In this document: piece after piece, positions 59,235 through 64,000 of the stretch
How positions within the stretch are numbered: the first letter of the stretch is position 1
Layout: each line of letters begins with the position of its first letter
Assembly (NCBI GenBank): GCA_963818695.1
Contig: CAWFTG010000001.1
Span: forward strand, 347,027-411,026
Origin: an uncultured Alphaproteobacteria bacterium
GTDB lineage: Bacteria > Pseudomonadota > Alphaproteobacteria > ATCC43930 > CGMCC-115725
Direction: 5' to 3'
Length of the DNA stretch: 64,000 nt
The notes under the pieces: generated by a model
Told to the model about the DNA's origin: nothing
Database searches by the model: none
Seen by the model: the letters and a program-made list of their open reading frames with translations, nothing else
Position numbers and translations under genes: made by a program

Positions 59235-60554
59235 ATGTCGGAAGCGATAATCACGGCCGAAGGCCTGTCCAAACGCTACCTCGTCGCGCATAACGCCGAA
59301 AACCAGGGCCACCGGCGCTACCTCGCGTTGCGCGACGTGATCGGCCGCGAGATCCGCAACATCGCACGCAAGAGCCTCGACATGATGCGCGGCCGGCAGG
59401 TGCTGCAGGGCGATGAAATCGAGGAGTTCTGGGCGCTTGAGAGATGTGAGTTTCGAGGTCAAGCAGGGCGAGGTTGTCGGCATCATTGGCCGCAACGGCG
59501 CCGGGCAAGAGCACCTTGCTGAAGATCCTCAGCCGCATCACCGAGCCGACCGAGGGGCGCGTACTGCTACGCGGGCGGGTGGCAGCCTGCTCGAGGTCGG
59601 GACCGGGTTCAGTGCCGAACTCACCGGCCGGGAAAACATATTTCTCAACGGCGCGATCCTCGGTATGACGCGACGCGAGATCGCGCAAAAAGTTCGACGA
59701 GATCGTCGCGTTCGCCGAAGTCGAGCAAGTTTCTCGACACGCCGGTCAAGCGCTACTCCTCCGGGATGTATGTTCGCCTCGCTTTCGCGGTGGCGGCGCA
59801 TCTCGAGCCGGACATCCTCATCGTCGACGAGGTGCTCGCGGTCGGCGACGCCGAGTTTCAGAAAAAGTGCCTTGGCAAGATGGACGAGGCCTCGCGTCGC
59901 GATGGGCGGACGGTGCTGTTCGTGAGCCACAATATGGGAGTTGTGACGAGCCTTTGCTCGACGACGATCTGGCTCGACGGCGGCACGATCAACGACTCCG
60001 GTGCGTCGCGCGAGGTCATCGGCAAGTATCTGTCGCGCCGTACAGAGCGCGAGCGGATCGTCCGATTGACTGAGATGCCCAGGGGGACGGACGATAACCG
60101 GCTTCGTCTATCATCCGTCGAATGGCTCTCTGACTTCCCCTTACGTCATGGTGAGCCAATCAAGGCGCGCATTCGGTTCAGCACTCGAGCTCCTGTTTCG
60201 GCGGTTTCCGTCGGGATTGGTTTTTCGACTCTCGAAGGAACCCGCTTGCTCAGCTATGACACTGATTTTCAGGATGGCCTTCGGCACGATCTGTTGAACC
60301 CAGGAAATTATGTCGTCGATGTGGCAGTGGACGCCCTTCCGCTCGGTCCAGACCTTTATAATTTGGACGTCGGCGGCCGCTCTGGAGACTTTCACGGGCT
60401 TGATTATCTCCCGGCCTGTTCGCAAGTTGAGGTCATTGCTGGTCCGACCACGCCCGGCACCATAATCAGAAAAGGTGCCGGCGTGCGGCTGCGAAGCGAG
60501 TGGTCGTGGCAATCGGCGGTGCAATCTAGAGAACCGCAGCTCGTTAGAGGATAG
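59235..60554 (+). pseudogene. wzt: polysaccharide ABC exporter ATP-binding protein with C-terminal glycan-binding-type extension; ~5-6 frame breaks within 59430-59740
   Basis: The NBD pieces are scattered over three frames. They are: AIITAEGLSKRY...EFWAL (59235 frame); RDVSFEVKQGEVVGIIGRNGAG (59413 frame); [25 protein letters not shown] (59474 frame); [36 protein letters not shown] (59413 frame); and [32 protein letters not shown]... to the end (59766-60554, intact). Confidence 0.8.
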
Positions 60555-60869
60555 GCAATGGCGGAGCGAACGCCTCATCGGGAGGAGCTTTTCGTTTTGC
60601 ATCCAGGCCGGCAATTGCGGCCGTTTTCCCGAATCAGTTCTACTGGAAAAAAACTGACTTGAGCATACCGTTGCGACTGGACTCGGCAGTATCGCCCGAA
60701 TTGGCACATTCTACTAGCTAGGTAGGTAACTATACTTGGATCTTTGCTCGTACCGAACCTATAATAGGTTCTTTCTCCGTTTTATGGCCCCGTATGTGTC
60801 ACTATGAGTGTAAACACGCTCCGATAAGCTGGTCGCCAATACGAATGCGCATCGGTAGGTAGCCAATAC

Positions 60870-61937
60870 TCATGCGTCGCGCATTCCACCGACCGTTTCG
60901 ACCTCTGGCTCAATTGGCACCTCAACGTAGCGCCCCCAATCGGCAGCGTGACCTGGCCAGTAATGCAAAAGATATTTGGCCCGATTGTAATGATTTTCGG
61001 CTGAGAAAGGGCTTTGAAACCTGTCATTTGTAAGGTGATTGCCAACGAAGAAGGCGTTTTGTCCAACAAAATTCGTGCCAACTAAGGAATATCCTAGACG
61101 ATAACCCAGCCGTACAAGTGCCTCAAGGGAGGCCCCCATATAGTCAGTACCCTTCCAACGATTATCTGCCTTATATTTCTGTACAATCGCCAACGGTGGT
61201 GGAAATTTAGCATTAAATTCAATCACTACGACACGCGGCTTGACCGCTCTTATTGTTTGCCATACGTGAAAATCGTTTCCATCGATGTCTATAGACAACA
61301 GATCAATTTCTCCAGTTCCCCAAGTGCCGATCAGATCGTTAATGTTCTCGGCCGTTATGAAGGCACCTCGCGCTGTAAGCCGCCCATTGGCAATCTCATC
61401 GGCGAACCGGAGATTGATACGCCGCACGTGCCGTTCGCTGCCCTCGATCCACAGGCCATGCCAGCCTTCTAGCAACAATTTAAGTGTATTGCTTTCCAGC
61501 CCGTCTTCAACGCCGAACTCGATGAAGCGGCAATCGGTGGTTCCGATCCGGTGGAAGATTTCTTGAATTATTCCGTCTTCGTCGAACTGCGAGTAGACTC
61601 TAAAGCCGTGGCGTTCCAATCGCTTGGGATCGGCATACCTCTCACTGCCGAGCGCTTGGGCTAAGTATTGCTCATTTGCGATATAGGCCGACCGTTCCGC
61701 CGACAATCTTAAATCTTCCACTGCGTCTAGCATCCGCCAAATTTTAGACAGACCGATAGCGCTGCGGAGTTTGGACTGAACTGCCAGCCGTTGCTCAGGC
61801 CACGGCTTCCGGGCAAAGGTGGAGAACCTTTCGAGTAAGGGCATTGAACGTACTCTGTCCTTAATCTTGGTTGCCCAGGTCAGATTATTGACGTAGTCAC
61901 GGGCACTCGTGCTACTTGCTTGCGCGGCACCCGCCAC
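60870..61937 (-). CDS. SAM-dependent methyltransferase (FkbM/Methyltransf_21-like); alternative start ATG 61844
   Basis: YSQFDEDGIIQEIFHRIGTTDCRFIEFGVEDGLESNTLKLLLEGWHGLWIEGS ... IDLLSIDIDGNDFHVW ... VVVIEFN. The gene is low in GC. Confidence 0.55.
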   Translation of the reverse strand: MAGAAQASSTSARDYVNNLTWATKIKDRVRSMPLLERFSTFARKPWPEQRLAVQSKLRSAIGLSKIWRMLDAVEDLRLSAERSAYIANEQYLAQALGSERYADPKRLERHGFRVYSQFDEDGIIQEIFHRIGTTDCRFIEFGVEDGLESNTLKLLLEGWHGLWIEGSERHVRRINLRFADEIANGRLTARGAFITAENINDLIGTWGTGEIDLLSIDIDGNDFHVWQTIRAVKPRVVVIEFNAKFPPPLAIVQKYKADNRWKGTDYMGASLEALVRLGYRLGYSLVGTNFVGQNAFFVGNHLTNDRFQSPFSAENHYNRAKYLLHYWPGHAADWGRYVEVPIEPEVETVGGMRDA

Positions 61938-62195
61938 GGGCTCTGCCGCGCCTCTAGTCTCAGGAACGGAAATTGGTCATGCGGTTGCCATTTGGTTGCC
62001 AACAGCGGGCGATTGTTTCGGTCGATGAAGTAGCAGGTCATTTTAATCGGCGTCCGGAACTGAGTGTGAGGCGGCGAGCGCCAGAATTGTCGAAGCAAGC
62101 AGCAACTGTATTTCGAAAGTGGTCAGAACGCCAGGCACGGGTTTACGCAGCCGGTTTTCGAGAACTTGTTAGACAAACCTGCCCTTAAAATTCGC

Positions 62196-63308
62196 TTAGA
62201 TCGAAACTGTCTCGACCGCAAGCGGACTGCGTGGCCTGTCTGACAATTCCTGTATTGCCGACACAACGTCCCCTGCCGAGATCTCGCGCATGCACCTGCG
62301 GTCGAAGTCACATAAATTCTTCCGCCAGCAAGGTGCGCAAGGCACGGCGTTGTACAGGTTGAGGTTGCTGATATACCCAGACTGCCAAGGAGCTTCGCGC
62401 CCTCCGTATACGATCACGCTCGGGCAATCGACGGCTCTTGCAAGATGCATCAAGAAGCCCACATAACCAACGTTCAGCCGCGCGTTATGGAGAATGGCTG
62501 CGAACTCCCGGATCGTCGTGCAGCCGCGCAGATCCAGAACATGATCTAGTGGTGGATCCTTCCGAGACCCGATCTGCACGAAGTCCCACTTCTTTCGTAA
62601 TGCGTCTACGACTTCTTGGTATCGCTCTGGGAACCAGTCCTTAAGGCGCATATGGTTACGCGCACCTGCGCCGCTGCTTTGTATGACCATTCGACCGCTG
62701 GCCCAAGCTGCCGCAGAAATTTCGTCTGCGGTTAGGGAGATATAAGGTCTAATCGATATCGGCCCGTCGATGCCGGCACTCGCACACAGCTCAGCAATAT
62801 AATGGCGCGATGGCGCCGCATTTTGGTCACCTTGAAGCCAGCGAGAGAAGAAAAGCTGCACGAGTTCGCCGCCATCCATTCCGGAGAGTCGCCTATAGAC
62901 CGACAGCGGGCGATCCCTGAAAGAGTAGGTGTCACCAGCTGGCAAGATCAATGTCGAATTGAGTAGACCGGGAAACAGCTCCGGAAAATTTGAAACCATT
63001 GCTACGGCGATATCGCCACCCCGGATGCGAAGTTCCTTGAAAATTGCCGTGCACATGAGATCGTCACCGGGAGTGAGGCCGTGAAATAGGAGGCGGTGGC
63101 CATTAGGTAGGCTGGCGCGCGAAAAGTGATATTCCGCACGCCAGAAAGCGGAAGATGATGCGGCCCGAAGCTTACCCTGTATAGTGGTAGGGGCCTGCCG
63201 AAGCCTGCGCTGAACAGCGTTCAGCTTTTCGCGCGTCGGCTTCTTTGCAAAGCGGGCGAGAATGTCTATCGAATTCATCTGCGTTCGCTTCCTCGGAAGA
63301 AATGGCAA
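62196..63308 (-). CDS. glycosyltransferase family 9 (heptosyltransferase-like); alternative start ATG 63278
   Basis: The C-terminal half reads FVQIGSRKDPPLDHVLDLRGCTTIREFAAILHNARLNVGYVGFLMHLARAVDCPSVIVYGG ... PCAPCW, typical of GT9 enzymes. Confidence 0.6.
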   Translation of the reverse strand: MPFLPRKRTQMNSIDILARFAKKPTREKLNAVQRRLRQAPTTIQGKLRAASSSAFWRAEYHFSRASLPNGHRLLFHGLTPGDDLMCTAIFKELRIRGGDIAVAMVSNFPELFPGLLNSTLILPAGDTYSFRDRPLSVYRRLSGMDGGELVQLFFSRWLQGDQNAAPSRHYIAELCASAGIDGPISIRPYISLTADEISAAAWASGRMVIQSSGAGARNHMRLKDWFPERYQEVVDALRKKWDFVQIGSRKDPPLDHVLDLRGCTTIREFAAILHNARLNVGYVGFLMHLARAVDCPSVIVYGGREAPWQSGYISNLNLYNAVPCAPCWRKNLCDFDRRCMREISAGDVVSAIQELSDRPRSPLAVETVSI

Positions 63309-64000
63309 GCGAGCCCTAAAAGACTTCGCGCCTGGTTCATGCTAAATGAGTATTATCAAAAGTACAGCGGCCCGCTTCCCCGATGTGCGGCGCGAGTGCC
63401 ATAAAGCATGTTCTGCCCAAATATGGCATATGCATATGATATCGTAAGGACAGCCGGTCTGCCAACTTCGCTGTCCTCTGGACGTCGGTGCAGCCAAGGC
63501 AATCGACGGAACCAGTCGCGACCGCACTCGGGCGCGCGGATGCAGCAGATGGCCCAAAAACATCCTATCTGGTACGGCAAAACGCCTGCGATGTGAAGTG
63601 AACCGGGTGTTTAACCAGATCCTCGATGCTCACCGCGGGTGACCGGCATCGCCGGCTCCCGCCCGAGAGACGCTGGGTCGAATGCTACAGAGTGTCGCAG
63701 AGGTGTGCCTTGACGAAGGTAAAGTCAGGAGGTCCAGTTCCGTGGTAATAATATCGCCATGATTGTCGGTATGGGCCGTAGCCTGCGGCTCCTTGTTATG
63801 AACTCCTCAAGGACTACGATTTCGTTTGGTGGGAAATGGACATTCGCGGACTGCGGACTGATATCATTCCTCGCATAAAGCTGATCATCCGTTGCATTCT
63901 GCCTGCCCGGGCCTATGGAAGCTTAGGCGTTTGCAGGGATTGGATTACAGCCCTCGCCGTTGGGATTAACTTTCTTTGCCGCAATTTGCCCGTTCCGAAA

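Noticed and set aside
60755-60771. The palindrome gaacctataataggttc between wzt and the convergent methyltransferase, read as a terminator
   Set aside because: The 8-bp AT-rich stem with a 1-nt loop is too weak to call and has no flanking U-tract.
63309-64000. Possible additional glycosyltransferase or sulfotransferase gene at the right edge
   Set aside because: All six frames are interrupted by stops every 20-60 codons. Only isolated protein-like stretches occur (e.g. NVHFPPNEIVVLEEFITRS on the minus strand), so nothing can be supported.

Overview
This 64-kb, high-GC chromosomal segment looks alphaproteobacterial, of the Hyphomicrobiales/Rhizobiales type. The evidence is the conserved proS - lolC/E - lolD - dnaE order, coq7, and typical GC-rich REP/MITE repeats. 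Backbone, left to right: a cell-surface glycan cluster (ChW-like repeat protein, methyltransferase, two glycosyltransferases); SDR and pdxY; murQ/nagA amino-sugar recycling with an MFS permease; an MsbA-like ABC exporter; yqaA-dsbB-coq7; a class-V aminotransferase; proS-lolC/E-lolD-dnaE; a MOSC protein; a PQQ-type sugar dehydrogenase; threonine dehydratase; acyl-CoA dehydrogenase; tRNA-Ser(CGA); ycjX-ycjF; a liv-type amino-acid ABC system with livM and livG fused; kdpFABC; and an NhaP-type antiporter fused to a cyclic-nucleotide-binding domain. The right ~8.5 kb is a lower-GC, ABC-transporter-dependent polysaccharide cluster (wzm/wzt, methyltransferase, GT9) entered through an IS3 orfA remnant. 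Several structural features are superimposed. There are two families of short repeats: a ~85-130 bp MITE-like element (3 copies) and a CCCTCCC...GGGAGGG palindromic REP (5-6 copies, two of them inside open reading frames). A ~285-bp direct repeat brackets a 1.5-kb low-GC mosaic just after dnaE. There are several gene remnants, and tight local clusters of single-base frame disruptions in dnaE, a TPR gene, wzt and a spermidine-synthase-like gene. No rRNA, CRISPR array, intact IS, integrase, prophage, or recognisable defence or toxin-antitoxin module was seen. I cannot support a claim of a novel multi-gene system here; the most unusual observations are structural and are listed in the findings. 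All functional calls rest on motif recognition in the supplied translations and on manual reading of the DNA, not on database searches.
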